This document shows, in pieces, positions 1 through 14,234 of a stretch of 64,000 bases of DNA (positions within the stretch are counted from its first letter, which is position 1; the number at the start of each line of letters is the position of its first letter). Origin of the DNA: Azolla caroliniana (Eukaryota; Plantae; Polypodiophyta); NCBI GenBank assembly GCA_043228905.1, contig JBHGNT010000004.1, positions 6,572,001-6,636,000 on the forward strand, read 5' to 3'. The position numbers were made by a program, and so were the translations under genes. The notes beneath the pieces were generated by a model, which made no database searches, was not told the DNA's origin, and saw only the letters and a list, made by a program, of their open reading frames with translations.

Positions 1-160
1 TGCTGGTCGGCTTCACAAGCAAGCTGTGGGTCTTTTTCAATCACTAATTCTTATTTTGGCCAAAATCGTTGTCGTTGGTTCACATTTTATGGCATCGCAG
101 AAATTGATTGCTGTGACGGTATAGCAAGAGAAAGTTAGAGAGAAAGGGCTATGGGAATGT

Positions 161-666
161 GAAGGACTCCCTTCGTTGAAAAAGAAAGTGTCGATTGTCT
201 ATTCTTTAGGCACCCACGGGAGACTAATCTCTCCTAGAGAACACGTGTGGGAAGTATTCGTTTCTAATAATCCCAAAGTCTTTAAGGTTTTGACCATTTT
301 CTGTAACCATTAGGATGCTCCGAAAACAAGTGTTGTCTCCTCTTTGAGAACAACAAATCAACTAACCAAAATAAAATAAATATTACTCCCTAAATATAAA
401 AGTAAATAAGATAGAAGGACTCCCTTCGTTGAAAAAGAAAGTGTCGATTGTCTATTCTTTAGGCACCCGCAGGAGACTAATCTCTCCTAGAGAACACGTG
501 TGGGAAGTATTCGTTTCTAATAATCCCAAAGTCTTTAAGGTTTTGACCATTTTGTGTAACCATTAGGATGCTCCGAAAACAAGTGTTGTCTCCTCTTTGA
601 GAACAACAAATCAACAAATCAAAATAAAATAAATATTACTCCCTAAATATAAAAGTAAATAAGATA
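161..666. repeat. Tandem duplication, 2 x 253 bp
   Basis: gaaggactcccttcgttgaaaaagaaagtgtcg... starts at 161 and again at 414. The two copies are near-identical, with only a few substitutions. Confidence 0.95.
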
Positions 667-1094
667 AAAAGAGACAAGGGAAACTGGTTTTCGACACATG
701 TGAGATTCTTAAGTTAGATGTATTGTAACTTTTGTCTTCGAAAGACCTCTAGCATAGGTCGATCCAGAATGGAAAGGTCTCCGATGCGAGGGAAGCACCT
801 GCGATGGCAGGAGATAATGGCTTTTATCTGTCAATGACAAGGGTGTTGAGGTTGTGGTCCATGGGGCCGGGGCCTACGTGCACGACAAATTGCTATTGCC
901 CGATCAATTGTAACCCTTTTGTTATGTCTTGGTCAGGAGCCCATTTGTGTATCCCTTGATTGACTTGTAGCATTAGTCAAAGTGATGGGACTAAAGAGAG
1001 TTGTGATTGTTTTGCGTGGATGAGTTTGTGTGGCTGTATTCTTCAACAACTTTTCCCGATGTCTCTTTGGCTCTCGCAAGAAAAGCCCTAGGCA

Positions 1095-1500
1095 CTATTG
1101 GTCCTCGTATTCTATTAGCTTGCGTAGCGGGCCAAAGCCTTGTTTAAAGAGGCAATGGTATCTCCCTCTGATTTCATAAAAGACACTACAGTGACAAACA
1201 TAGTGTTCTTCAGACTCCACTCCTTGATGACACAATTGGAAAATTCTTTCTTCTAGAGGTATTCGTGTATATCTGCCTCCCTCAATCTCTAACTGATGTG
1301 ATGAAGTTCGCAGCTGCCCTATCACACTACGCAACGCATAGGATATATATATGTCCATATAAGGTGGCCTGATGATGACTCCATCCTCCAATGTGTGTAA
1401 GAAGTGTCTTATAGTGGGCCATCTTCATACCAAGTGATGTTTTGGGGCCAATCCATGTTATCTTGTTTTCCAAGTTAATAATATCAGTTCAGATCAATCT
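1095..1500 (-). mobile_element. Non-LTR retrotransposon (LINE) ORF2 C-terminal fragment
   Basis: ORF 1095-1391 reads LRTSSHQLEIEGGRY...EERIFQLC...ESEEHYVCHCSVFYEIR, the Cys/His-rich tail typical of LINE ORF2 downstream of RT. The upstream frame is broken. Confidence 0.7.
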
Positions 1501-1896
1501 ATTCTTTTTCCACTTTGGTCATATTTAGATGGGGACTGTCCAAGCTATATTGGAACGGGTGTAGTGCATCTATACTCATGCCATGTGACTCGAACCATAA
1601 TTAATATGCGTTTCTAGTTTGTGGAACTTATATTGCTAAATTTACATCAACCGCACATTAAGTATGGGGTGACGTCACAATTCAAGTAAATATAAACTTT
1701 ATAACCAGATTTAGTTATGCACGTAGTGAATGCAATGAACAACCATCAAGATAAAAAGAAATTTCTGCATGCCATGCAGTGTAGAGAGAAGATGCAAAAG
1801 AGAAGTGGTTGCAAAGAGGGAGAAAAGCATTATGATTCACAAAAGGGAAAATGGATGCCACATGTTAATAGGTAAATAAATCATAAACTTCAATAC

Positions 1897-4800
1897 CTGC
1901 CAAACACTTCCAGCTTCCTCATCCACAAATAATCGCTGAAATAAACACTGCCATAAATCACAAGCAAATTATCATACACATTTTTCATTGAACCAGCCAG
2001 AGATAGTGACAGATCGTTACAAATGGCTGAAATAGTGATGCTCTCATGTAGAAGTAAGTGCACAATAGATTTTTGCAGAGACAGCCTACAAATTTTTATG
2101 GAGGTACCACTCAGAACAATCTAGTCACAGCACATCCGTTGCCTCCTGAGTTCTACACAAGGGTTACTACTTGATATGGCACTCTGGCTAGGTCACTTTA
2201 AATAAGAGTATGTGCATACTCTCATAGGAAAGCCGGTTTATCTACAGAGGGATGACAACTTGTATGTGCATTATAATATTGGAGGGATCCTACAATAATA
2301 CAATTTATGGATGACTTGGAATGTTGCCACTTGTAGTTTAAGATGTATAGGGTAGGTTCTCCACACCATGATGTACAAAGTAAGAAAAACAAAGTTCTAT
2401 AACATAATTGACCATGATGGGATTTGGGATGTGAGCTTTGAAATTTAACATTCAATGCACTAATCCACTGCATTCGAAAATCTTACGTTGGATTCTTGCA
2501 TCACAGAGAAACCATACTACAATTTGTGTGCATGCATTTGGGATTACAACATGTCCTGTGTACATTAAAATATTGGACATAATCTACAAGACAATGATGC
2601 TACATGGCACCATTGTCCACAATTGGTTAGCATTGGGGACATTGTTGCAATCATACAAAGATCTCTAAGAGTTTATAGGGTGACATACACCTGATAAAGC
2701 ACTCCTCCGGATAACAGGTTCATTTAGTTTCATATATATCTTCCATTTGTATCATGATGTTTCACCTCAACCCAACCTAGCTTATCCCATCCCATTACCA
2801 AGCAATTTATGTGAAAAGATCTTAGAAGGTTTATTATACTTAACCCCCCAATCCATAGCTTGATTTTCACAAAAGGGCATATAATGCTGAGTACCTGGCG
2901 AAAGTGAAAACAGCTATTATCTGCTACATGCAGCTCTGCCCATCTCTTCCACTTCTGCAGTCCATGCAATACCTGTAAGAATTGAGATGTTAAAAAAGTA
3001 ACATGAGGTTATATAGGAGATTCTAGAGATGTGGGGCATCATCTCCACAAACCTGTGAAAGAGACATTAATGGTACAAGCCAACAACAGTAGCACCATGC
3101 ACGATAGTTCATCCGGGATCTCTATGACACAAAACAGAAATAACATGGGAAGAATCTTTAATAAGAAGTGTTGAATACATAAATTATCTTTAAAACGCTA
3201 GGATACACACAAACCTGAAGGGATAAATTAAGCTTCATGAAAGCCATCAATATTTATTGCTCATCTTTGTTACTCTAATATTGCTAACTTTGTGGATAGT
3301 AGCAAAGAACTTAATTATTTTTCATTCAGAACGCTTACCACAGAGTTACTCTTAGTTCTTGGGGAAACTAAGGGCACATAATTGTAGCACAAATATTTCC
3401 TGCATTGATTATTAGCTCTTTCAGCTCTATATACTGCTGCACCTACAGAACCGTTGGTCAAAACAACCAGAGGGGTCCTTTGAAAAGTCTCATGTTGCCC
3501 ATTCTTATTGTATGTTTTACTACCCAGCTCATTCTGTCAGAGCATTTCAAATAAAACCTTGCCATTTGCACATAGCTTAATGACATGGGACTTTCATGCA
3601 GCTTTTGACCCTGTTAGTAGTTCTCCACCATCCTACTGAGTTATCTATGCCATCTTTATTTCCAAAGTAGAAAATACCCAGAAAGAGTACAGGTATTTCA
3701 CAACAGCATCCTAAGGTAAGTATCAGTGTTGGTTCAGAAAATATTTCTCATTAGCTCATAGTTCATTACTCTTGGCATCTGATTACATGCAAACACTCTA
3801 GATCTCCTCTAGTGTCAGCACAAAGTTTTTTTGCCAGAAGAAGTTGCCATAAGATTGTTATGTATGGCATCCCACGAAGAGACGGATGATTTGCACATGG
3901 GTAAGTAATTAGATGACTTATGATAGACCATTGAGTAAATTCTATTCATCACTTCTGCAGAATGAATGAAGTCCATTATTGGCAGCACCATAGTTTAGCA
4001 CATTCACATAACCAGATATAGGATGGCTATATATTAGAGACGCATAAAATCTACTTCTATTTTCATAAATAAATTAAAAGGAATACATACTTCGGCAACC
4101 ATTTCTACAAGTTTGAATTCGCCTTGGAGTATATCCTCAGGAATTTGCCTTGAAAGGAGTTGTTGTATATGATTATTAATCACCCATCTCCTACAATTAT
4201 TCCATTATAGTAGTTAAAAATGTATATATAAAAAAGGTGACTAGATCTACACATTTTTTCTTCCATGTTTAAATAACTTTGCAGGCAAATAATAATTATT
4301 TATTTGTCAATACTGGCTAATACAGTAGTGTAGGGGAATATCCCACAGGTCTTGACCATTTCGAAATATTGTTTAATCAGAATTAAACCTCAAAGCACAA
4401 GTAGAATACATAATCATGTCATCGGGTGAAGTTTCATGGAAGTGCTTGTGTACAGACTATGATAGTTTGACTGTCTCCCAGTAATGACAAATTCAGAAAA
4501 GATAACAATCCTTTCGCTGAAATCCACCACTTCCTCTTGAACTCAAAGCCTTGTCATGCAAATGCTTTTATGAAGGTTTTGACATAATTTACACAGCTAG
4601 AATGGCAGCTTTAAACTGAGTTTGAATCTTCAATTTTGTTTCATATTTTTTTGTACTAATCATCTTGCGACCGGATGTTCTTAAGGTGTATTCTATTCTG
4701 ACACTTGAGGATTCTTCTGTTCTTCCCATTATACAAGCTAAAAATAGGACATCAACATTTCCCAGTTGACACAAGAAAGGCAAATGCTTTTTTCATGAAA

Positions 4801-7800
4801 ATAAATGTAATGAAAGCAGTTAATCTCAAACATAAGACAAGTGCATTCAAATGTTCTGAGATAAATGTTCACCAAAAAATTATGTGTAAGATGGTTTTCT
4901 GTCACCAAACCTATGTGCCCAAGCATCCTCACATTTCGGGTTGAATGACAAAGCCAAGCTCGAAAGCCCCAATTCTGTAAGAGGTACTTCAGTTAATGCA
5001 TTGCTGAATATTTTCTTTCTGTTGAAGAAGATAAACCAATTCAAGACACATAGCAGAAAGATTTATAAAACACAAATATTTTAGAGTCATAGGACATCAA
5101 ACGCTTGTCTTCATAAAACAGATTAAGTCTAGAAATAGAAAGTATACAATGCCATCCATTAAAGGCTTAACCATCAATAATATTGGCTCAATAAAGCATT
5201 TACTGGTCTCAATTCAGACAATTAAAAGAGAACTTAATTGAGAGTACTAATTACAAAAGAGTGGGTCTTCTTATATATAAGGGAAGAGAGCCTGTTACAT
5301 CTAACAATCGGCAACGGGTTGGTTTGGTTTGAGAGTGTCAAAACTGAACCATTTAAAGATTTTGAAACTTGAACCAAACTGAACCACAAAACCGTTAAAA
5401 TCACGATTTCATGATTCGGTTTCAGTTTTCAGCTTAGCTCAAAATTAAATTTTAAAATTTTAAAATATTTTATTTTTTTAATTTTTAATTTTTCAAAATT
5501 TTAAAGATTTTCCTAATATGTGAGAATAAGGCTTGAAAATGAAAAGTTTGTTTAAAAAAATTACAAAATTAAAAAACTGTTAGACCGTTTAAACCGTGGT
5601 TTCTAACTGTTGAAACCGAACCGAACTGTTTAAAAAAAACTGAACTTGAACCGAACCATTTAAACCGTTAAGCCGCAGTTTCGCAGTTCGGTTTAGTTTG
5701 GTTCAAACCGAACCATTGCCGACTGTTAGTTACAACTAGCTAATAACACATAACTTTGTGGTACAAAATAATGCTCCAAAGAGTCTTACAACTAGGATAG
5801 AATGAAGTAAAAGTAAAAGTTGAACCACTCGATCATTAGTTGCAAGTCTAAGAGAAATTAGAAAAAGAAAAGATACATCACTCACTAAGGAAATGCCATT
5901 CATCTGTATCCATTCATGAATATGCAGCATACCTAGTGAATTGATGGGAAAATTTTCAATTAAGGCCATCTAGCTAGAGTATGAGATACAGTTTGGAACT
6001 TTCATACATGACTTAACAAAACGCAGAAGTCACATGTAAAATGAGAACAAGACAACTCTTCATTCAAGAATTAACCTAGAGACAGATTTTGACATGATGA
6101 AAGAATGAACAGCATGTGCTAAGTTTCATTCTAGCAATAAAACATCTGGTCTACCAGATGATTAGAACAAAAAATATGAAACAAAATTGAGATAATTTCA
6201 ATTCTACGACAGTTACGATTGCTGAGAGGAACGCAAAAGCCACAGCCTTATCTACCCAGTAATTCATATGCAAACATGCGACCAAAGGTAGTAACTAAAA
6301 CATCAAATTAAACCTGCATTAATGAGCTCAAGTCAGGCTTTCTTTAGTCTTATTTTACATAGAGCTTTAACTGCAGTAACTTTGCATCCACTATGACGAG
6401 ATTTAGTCTTATATTACATAGAGCTTCAACTGCAGTAACTTTGCATTCACTATGACGAGAAATCGCATATGTTTGATCAACTTTTACCTTCTGAATCCTC
6501 CCTTTGCAGCTACCTTCCCCTCCTCTTTTCTTTTTCTTTAGAACCTTGTTACAGTTGTCCTTCGAGTACAAGAAAAAGGAGGATAAAGACTCAAATCAAG
6601 CTAAAGAATCCCTCCCAAATCCTGTTTGAATTTCGTAGGCACATTATAGAATGGCAGATACGTGGATCCATCGTTCCACACCTGTGTGGTTATATCTCTT
6701 ATATGCTCTAAAACCTTCCATTCTCCACCTCACTCTCAATACAGAGAGGAGAATCTGTAGCTCAAGACCTAATCTTCTCGTTTATCAGGAACAAATACTA
6801 CAAATACCACATCTACCATTATTCTTTTGATTCAAAATTGTACCAAAAATGTTCTTTTTCTTGGTGAGCTCCAAACTGTCAAAAATCATGAACCAATATA
6901 CTATGTACAAAAGCATCGGCACACATGTTTGTTAATCCCAGAGTCTTGTTGGTTCTTCAGAGATATTAGTTTTGTTCCATTTTCATGGATTGTCCACTTT
7001 CCCCTACATGCTTTCCTCTGTACTCATCACTTTTTTTTTAAATTTGCATATTCAAATCAATAGGCATACACAATTTGGCCTCTCTGTTCTAAAGGATTAT
7101 CATTAGGATGTGAGATGATCCCGATTCAATATGTCCCACAAATGGAGAAGACAATAAGAAGCATTTCAAGATCAATAGTAGAATCTACCAAAACAACATG
7201 TTGAGCATGATGACAGAAAGCAGCATTTAAATGCTTAGGCTAGCAAAGCTGTATGAGGCAATAAGACTAGTGAAATCATCATTCAAATACTAATAATTGG
7301 AATACCTTAGAGAACTGGATCTCACGTGCATACAATAGCATTTTAGCATGGTTTAGAAATCATCACTCAAATACACATATTAGGAAAGTTGTAAGAAATT
7401 ACGTTTGTAAGATTTTATAGCTAATTCATGGCCACGAACCTGGTATCCCATGCAGTCTTATAAGATGAGTTGAGCACGATGACGGACCGTGTGTACGAAA
7501 GAAGATTTTTCACCAAATCCTGATTGCTGTGAACTCGTTTGGGATCCATCAAGAGTGCTTCATACTCTTTAAAGGTGATGAGAAAAGCTGATTTAGCAGC
7601 TCTATAGAGAGAGCCGAGATTTGATGCTGAGATAGCTAGCTTGTGGTGTTCACACCAGAAAGCAGATTGATCCACTACAGTTGGAAGATCCACACTACTG
7701 CCTTGCTCGTGCAAAGTCGCTAACTGAGAAGGATGAACAAAATCCACCTCATCTCTGTACATCCATCCATAGGCAATCATTGAAGACACAAGAAAAGCAA

Positions 7801-7943
7801 AAAATAAAGGAAGCAAAGATGAGATCGAAGGGAAAGCGTTTTGGTATTATTATTTATTACATGAGAGGATCCCAAGATAACAGGGAGTCGAGCTGATGAA
7901 GCAGGGCTGCGCCATCGCCGTCGCCATCGCCGTCGCGGCCCAT
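1897..7943 (-). CDS. PTAR1: Protein prenyltransferase alpha subunit repeat-containing protein (PTAR1-like), multi-exon, 3' end not located
   Basis: Phase-compatible GT-AG exons: 7943-7861, 7754-7440, 5018-4911, 4190-4091, 3121-3053, 2972-2895 and probably 1947-1897. The spliced product has DPLIDEVDFVHPSQ, YKTAWDTR, PKCEDAWAHRRWVI, RSRMNYRAW and HVADNSCFHFRQ, which are PPTA-repeat motifs of plant PTAR1 homologues. Confidence 0.88.
5302..5728. mobile_element. hAT-type MITE in a PTAR1 intron
   Basis: TIRs are taacaatcggcaacgggttggtttg and caaaccgaaccattgccgactgtta. The 8-bp TSD is gttacatc (5294-5301) / gttacaac (5729-5736), 7/8 match. Many subterminal AACCG/CGGTT motifs flank an AT-rich core. 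Confidence 0.85.
6343..6460. repeat. Tandem duplication, 2 x 60 bp, intronic
   Basis: ttacatagagcttYaactgcagtaactttgcatYcactatgacgaga is repeated with period 60. Confidence 0.9.
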
Positions 7944-8322
7944 GTGGGGATTTGGAGCTCTGCGTTTCTTAGGCGTTCGTGCAGCAGAGAGAGGAGGGTG
8001 GGCGAAGCCTAATACGGAAGAACAAGAAAAAGACTGTATTTTGGTTACACACAAGAAACAGAGGTTATGGTGGAGCTGAAGCAGGAGCCGAGCCGGAGAG
8101 CCTGACTGAGCCCACAAGCTAAAGCTAGAGCCGAACCCAAACCCAAACCCAACAAGAAACAGAGGTTATGGTGGAGCCAGAACTGGAGCCAGAGAGCCAA
8201 AGCCAATGCTAGAGCTAGAGCCCAGTCGTGAGAGCGAGAGCGAGAGCGAAAATCGTACAGAGCCCGAGCCAGTTCAAAGTACCGATGGATGGGCATCGGC
8301 GTTGGCCAATCTCTTTTGGTCC

Positions 8323-8349
8323 GGGGGTGGGGGTGGGGGTGGGGGTGGG
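8323..8349 (+). repeat. (GGGGGT)n tract upstream of PTAR1, potential G-quadruplex
   Basis: gggggtgggggtgggggtgggggtggg, lying among other hexamer microsatellites at 8120-8250. Confidence 0.7.
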
Positions 8350-11061
8350 TCATCTTTCTTTGGACAGCCTCCTCCTTATGTCTATCTCTACACGTATGCC
8401 ATCCATGTATGCTCCCTCCGAGACCTTCCCCTTGATCCGCTTTGGTTCTTTCCCTCAATAGCCTCTGGTCAATGATACTTGTACATCTTTGTCTTTGTTC
8501 GATGGCAGGTATTTTGTTGTTGAGGATCTTTCATACTTGGCAAAATTCTTGATCCCCCCCCCCCCATAGATTCTGGTTATTGTTTCATGGCTAGAAATGC
8601 GTGATAAGCATGTTCTTGTTACAGATCTTCCCTTTGGCCAAACTTTATAACACTTCCTCTCTAGGCCTTAGTTAGTGTCTTCAAGAAATGCCTACGTTGC
8701 ATCATGGTCGTGTTATAAGAAATATCTTCCGTTGGACAAACTTTGACTTTCTTTGAGAGTTATTGCGAGGATTTCGGCATTTGTGAGAGGTCATTCCCTC
8801 TAGGAAAATGGTGAGCTCCCATTGCAATCACGTAAATTTCAGCTTCAACTTGCATGAGGCGATGCCATCTTTTGGGGTGGGGGGTTCTATGTGCATTGTG
8901 TCATGTGTCATGGCAATTTGCAATTCCATATCAATAGATAGATAGTCAAATATGTTTGGGATAGCCCGATTTGTTGGCATTCGACAACATTCCTACATGA
9001 AATGCTCCCTAATCAACTATGCAGGTTGGCTTCTATAAACTTGTCCAGAAATGGAGGACTAGTGATAAGTAGAGCAATCACACGTTTTCTCTTCATGGCA
9101 TTTGTTCTAATGTTTATGAATCCCATAGACAATTGTCGTGGGGATCAAATAAGCCAAATGATGACTTCGGTTTTCATGCTATAATGAAGTGTCAAATTTG
9201 ATCAAAAATAGGTTAAGCATGCAACTAACAAGACAATGGGATATGTAAATCTCTTTCTTGTGTAGTGACACTTAGAACTACCATTATGAGGAGATATTTC
9301 AATTGTAATTGTTGATAAAAAGAATTCAATCGTAGGTCACATAAGGTGATGCATGGTTGCCAATGGTAATTGATTCTTCTACGCTATCAAATTGGAATAC
9401 AATACACAATTTAATGGTGCATGATCTACATGGGGAAAAGAATGAGTAGAGTTAGTTATCACTATACATAAGTGTAAGTATTCACATATAAGTATAAATT
9501 AGGCAACAAGTGGGTTACAACGTGCTTGTGTTGTCAATGGTCACGTTCATATTTTATCGAGTTCATTACTTTGTTAATGGTTTATTTATTCAATCAATGG
9601 GTTTTTATCGAAACTTGGGATAATTGAACTTTGAACATTGTATTACCAAGGATTCAAGGATCGTATTCCGATAGTTTCATGAAGGGTTCACGATTTCAAT
9701 AGCATTGTCTCGTACAAGATGGCATTGTATAATGATTTTTCCACATAATTAATTCCCACAAAACTCGATTTTCAATGGGATTGTCCTCAACTAATGAGAG
9801 AGAGAGGGACAGAAACAAAAAGAAACTGAGTGCACCTCCTTTTGTCTATGCAAATTAAAAATGTCACGAGGTTATATTTATTTGTATTCTCGATATTCTA
9901 TAATCATGGTTCTACCTTTAACACTTGTGCTTGACTTTGAAAGTTTGTGCTCAAAACATTAACCAATGTAGATTAGAGTGCATGGAATAATGACATGGAT
10001 ATTTTGGGATTTATCGTTAGCAATCTCGAGGAGCCTTACAAATCATTCGTGGGATACATTATCAATAGAATTCATAAAACATTAGCATTATACTTAATAA
10101 CATGAAGAAATATTCCTTGCGTATGTAGAGGATTGCATGCCATAATCAATTAGAGAAATAAAATTGGTGAGCTGTCATACAAGCTTTTGTGGAGCTTTTC
10201 TTCTTAAAAATTGGTAAGCTGGGAAAAGAAAAAGAATGCAGGCTCATGGCTGTACAAAAACAAACTAAAAAAGAGAACATGATTCACCCCACAAATCTTG
10301 CAAAATAAACTATCTTTGTAATAGTGCAATTCCACAAAGCCTCTAATTCAACTATACCCACTCCTCCCAACTCAACAAGACCAAAGGTGAGACCCTGATC
10401 CTCGAGAAGAATTTGATATAATACCACTGCTACCAATTTTAGAGTAAACTCTGGTACCACCAGTCTTTTATGATTTCCTTCAATTTGGTGTAGGACCTCA
10501 AATCAGGGTTTGGTGGAACATTTATCAACTAAGCAAAGTTCTCCAAGATGTGTTCAGTCTTTTGTTTTCTGAGGATGGTATTGTACATCAATACCATCCT
10601 GAAGTTATATAGATACAATCAAGAAATGTAGCCATGTTCACAATGAGATACTACACAATCGCATAACATATTTGGTTTTCTCATAATCCATTCTAGGCCC
10701 TCTTTAGAGACACCAATATAATATTTCTCTATTAAGAAACCTACATTTCCATATCAAATACTTTGCGAGGTGGTTACTAACAGTGCAATCGAATGCAAAC
10801 ATGAGTTAATAAGTTCAAGCTCCACAAGAAAACAGAACAGAAAAATTACGAACAAAAGATGTACAAACTCTTCTTATTCAAACTACCAAAATATTTCCCA
10901 TATGCATACATTCCTGCATATATGCCATTCATACAAGTATATAATTGACATCTCTACTTTGCCATTCTTTTGTCATGGAGCACGAGAGAGCCATCAAGAT
11001 AAATGTATATATATAAAAGTGCTTGCTGCATGTCATTCATCATCTCAACTATGCACAGTGT

Positions 11062-14000
11062 CTACTTTGACATTCTCTGACATCGAGCTTGAGAGAGGAG
11101 TTGTGCTATGCCCTCAGTCCATAATCTATGCTCAGTTTCGTTTCTACACTCCAATTCCATCACTCCTTGATCAGTTTTTATGCCGAAATACCTTTTTTTA
11201 TCTCCACCTTCAAGAAGTTCTCTACCTGGCCATGATGGAATTTCAGTGATGACACCCATAATCAGACCTGTGCCCATACAAAACGAAATTTCACAAATAC
11301 AAACAATCAGGAGTAGCAAAAGACACGTCTAACATATTGATAAAAAAAAAGAAATACACAATAAAGGGATAAAACTTCAATTAAAACTCATCATTCAAGG
11401 TAAAATCTTTACGTCGTTTGTTTTTAGTGATAGCTCCACGCATACATTTGCTCTGGGACTTCACGACCACCTAGACAATCCACATGAAGTAGTAAAGAGA
11501 TTATAATATGAGGCTTACAGATGATCGTACTACTTAAGTTCTACTTTAAACAATAAATGCTCACTCACCTGACCATCTTTATTAATGTAGACAAATATTA
11601 GTCTCCAATGTAGATCTCCTGTGATCCAAGTATATATTAGATTTAAGAGTTGCTTAATATGCATTTTTCACTTGGTGAATTTTTTTTGAAAAGTACGATC
11701 CATCTCCTTGTTAACTTTGCCAATCACAATTAATTACCTTTCCTTGTGCGCTTGAGAAATTCACACCCTCTCTTCAGGAAATCTTGGGTACAAAACTCGA
11801 CCTCACTACCCTCTGAAGTGAGCTCCCCACTGAAATTTGTAGCACTAGCACAACCATTTTCATAAGGGATCACTGTCGCATAACTATGACTACTTCTCGA
11901 GGCCCTCGCCTTCAAAGCTGTTGCTCCACGCAATGCTGCACATAAAATGGAAATTAGGCTTTATCTACAAAAGAAACTTTGCAATCCAATTAACACCCTT
12001 ATACTAATAACCCAAAATCTTTCACAATTGAGTTATCCCTAGACGTATACTCCCCCATGATTGCCCCTAAGCAAGCAAAAAAGAGAAACAAAATCCTCAA
12101 ATCTTTGGCAAAGCTGGCTATCCTTGCCAGTTTGCTCCATAGCTATTTTGGAGCTTTTCATTTGCGAGACTAATTTGTACAGAAAATATGGCAAACTTGG
12201 GCCAGATGAAATTGCCCACTGAAGGCAATATTGAAGAACAAAAACAAACTCAATCATAGTGCCAGCTTTTCCGGAAAAATAGCAAAAATAGCAACGCTGG
12301 TTTAATTTAATCCCTTTTTACAGCCTCTTGTGGGGAAACACCTTTTTACCTGTTGCAGCCGCAGCTGTAAGGGTGGTCACATCTCCAGGTGTTTTCACAT
12401 TAACTGCTGAACTAATGACAGAAGAGATATGGTCATGATCAGCACCCATACTCTCGGCTAGTTCCACACATTGGGCAGCTACAAGGGCGGCAGCAGAAGC
12501 CACTGCAATGCTTAATGTCTTGTTTTGCCCGAAATTATCATCACTGGAGGCAGTAGCAGTAGAAGCTGCGATCGCAGCCACTGCTGCTGCCACACCTGCT
12601 ACTGACATGGCAGCATGCACTTGAGAATTGTGTACTCGCAATGCCTCCTTCTTTGTCTCTCTCATCTCTATCAACCATCTCTTCATTGAAATCCCCCGCA
12701 ATGAATTACCCTTCCGAAAGCTCCGAGAGACCTGGCAGAGCACCAAACAAAAAACAGATATTTTATGGTTAGGGTCTGGAAACCCAATGCACAAACGAAT
12801 GGTTTAAACTTTAGGGTTTACGGTGAAAGCTTCAAGCGTTAAAGTTTGCAGATTAGAAAATCCAAGTCACAAACAAAGGGTTCAGATTTAATTAGGTTAG
12901 AATCGGAGTCCTGATTACACAAATAGAAGACAAGAAAAAACCATCTCCCCAATCTTGATTTAACCTTGTCTTTAATGGACTCTCTCCATACCTTGTTGCT
13001 GCAATCGAGATTGCTCATTTCTGGATGAATTCTTTGCTGTAAGAGGAGCCAAGTCTGAGGAAGAAGCACAAAAACAAAATATAGTAGTGAATACCATAGC
13101 ACAAACAAAAGACTTAATAAATAGAAATTGAAGATCAGAAAATACTTACTGTGAGATCATCTGGCGGTTGAGTGGAAAAAGGGGGGCTGCCTATTAAAGG
13201 TCCACTTCCCATAAAGCCTAGTGTGCCACTGCTGTGAGAATTTCTTCTTGAAGTGAAGGAAGAAATATCCTGCGTGTAAAAAATAAATCATAAAACCAGG
13301 TACTATCACTTGTTGTTCACAAAAAATCAGGTTTACATATCCTCAAATGTGACCAGAAAGAACCCTCACACTCTCATATCCTGCTTCTTTACCTTTACAG
13401 TGATCAGGATCATCATATTTCTAGCTCACACGGATGTTTTTCTTAGACATTTCCCCACAGCACAATGACACCTCTAGCTCACAAAGCGATTTTTACTAAA
13501 AATTTGTGACCAGAAAGAATCCGGTTTCTCCTATAACAGCCAACATTGTTATCTTTTGTTATGTGAGTAGAGCAAGCTCATAAGTTAGGTCCAAATCCGC
13601 AATATGGAGCTGGGAAAACATCTTATAGTTGAGGTTAACTATGGGAAAACTCAACGATCAATCTATTATCTGGTCTACTACCATGGAATCATAATGAAAA
13701 AACATATCTAATCAAACTTCTTTGTATTAAGAGCTCGTATAGAGCTACTATTTTTTGGTCTGACACCATGGAATCACTAAAGAAAATACCCAATATCGAG
13801 AAATTAAGGTTCACCATCATTAAAGAACTCACCGATCGTGCCATAATCTTGTCGGATACCATCTCAGAAACAATGTGGGCAGTTGTCGAGGAAGCAAATG
13901 AGAAGGGTGGACCAGCAATAGTATTACATTCCACCTCTTTAGTATTACTAACCATATCGTTGATCACACTATCTTTTCCATTATAATGGATCCTTCTGTC

Positions 14001-14234
14001 CCCTGAAGCATGATCTACAACCAAATTATGGTTATTGTTGATAGCTTTTGCGACTTCTAAAGAAGAGAGGCTCCACGATCTTGAGAGAAATTCCATTGGC
14101 TCGTGAGGTGTTGCAGGAGCTTCTAATTGGTCAGCAGGTTTCAAAGCAGGACATGGTATATATTCATCCTCTTGAATGTTGGATAGAGATAACTGTGATG
14201 ATGTGCTTCTTCGCGGTAACATGGCAGGTTTCAT
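11062..14234 (-). CDS. VAN3-binding protein / FORKED-like (DUF828 auxin-canalisation domain + plant PH domain), 8 exons
   Basis: GT-AG, phase-consistent exons: 14234-13833, 13269-13150, 13054-12992, 12731-12350, 11935-11738, 11618-11569, 11470-11413, 11267-11062. Motifs: [79 protein letters not shown]. Confidence 0.92.

Noticed and set aside
8045-8475. ORFs with ALAL/RSRS/poly-G/HPHP runs
   Set aside because: They arise from hexamer microsatellites in the PTAR1 upstream region, with no domain signal.
10770-11249. 159-aa plus-strand ORF
   Set aside because: It is antisense to the last exon and 3' UTR of the FORKED-like gene, with no protein-like signature.
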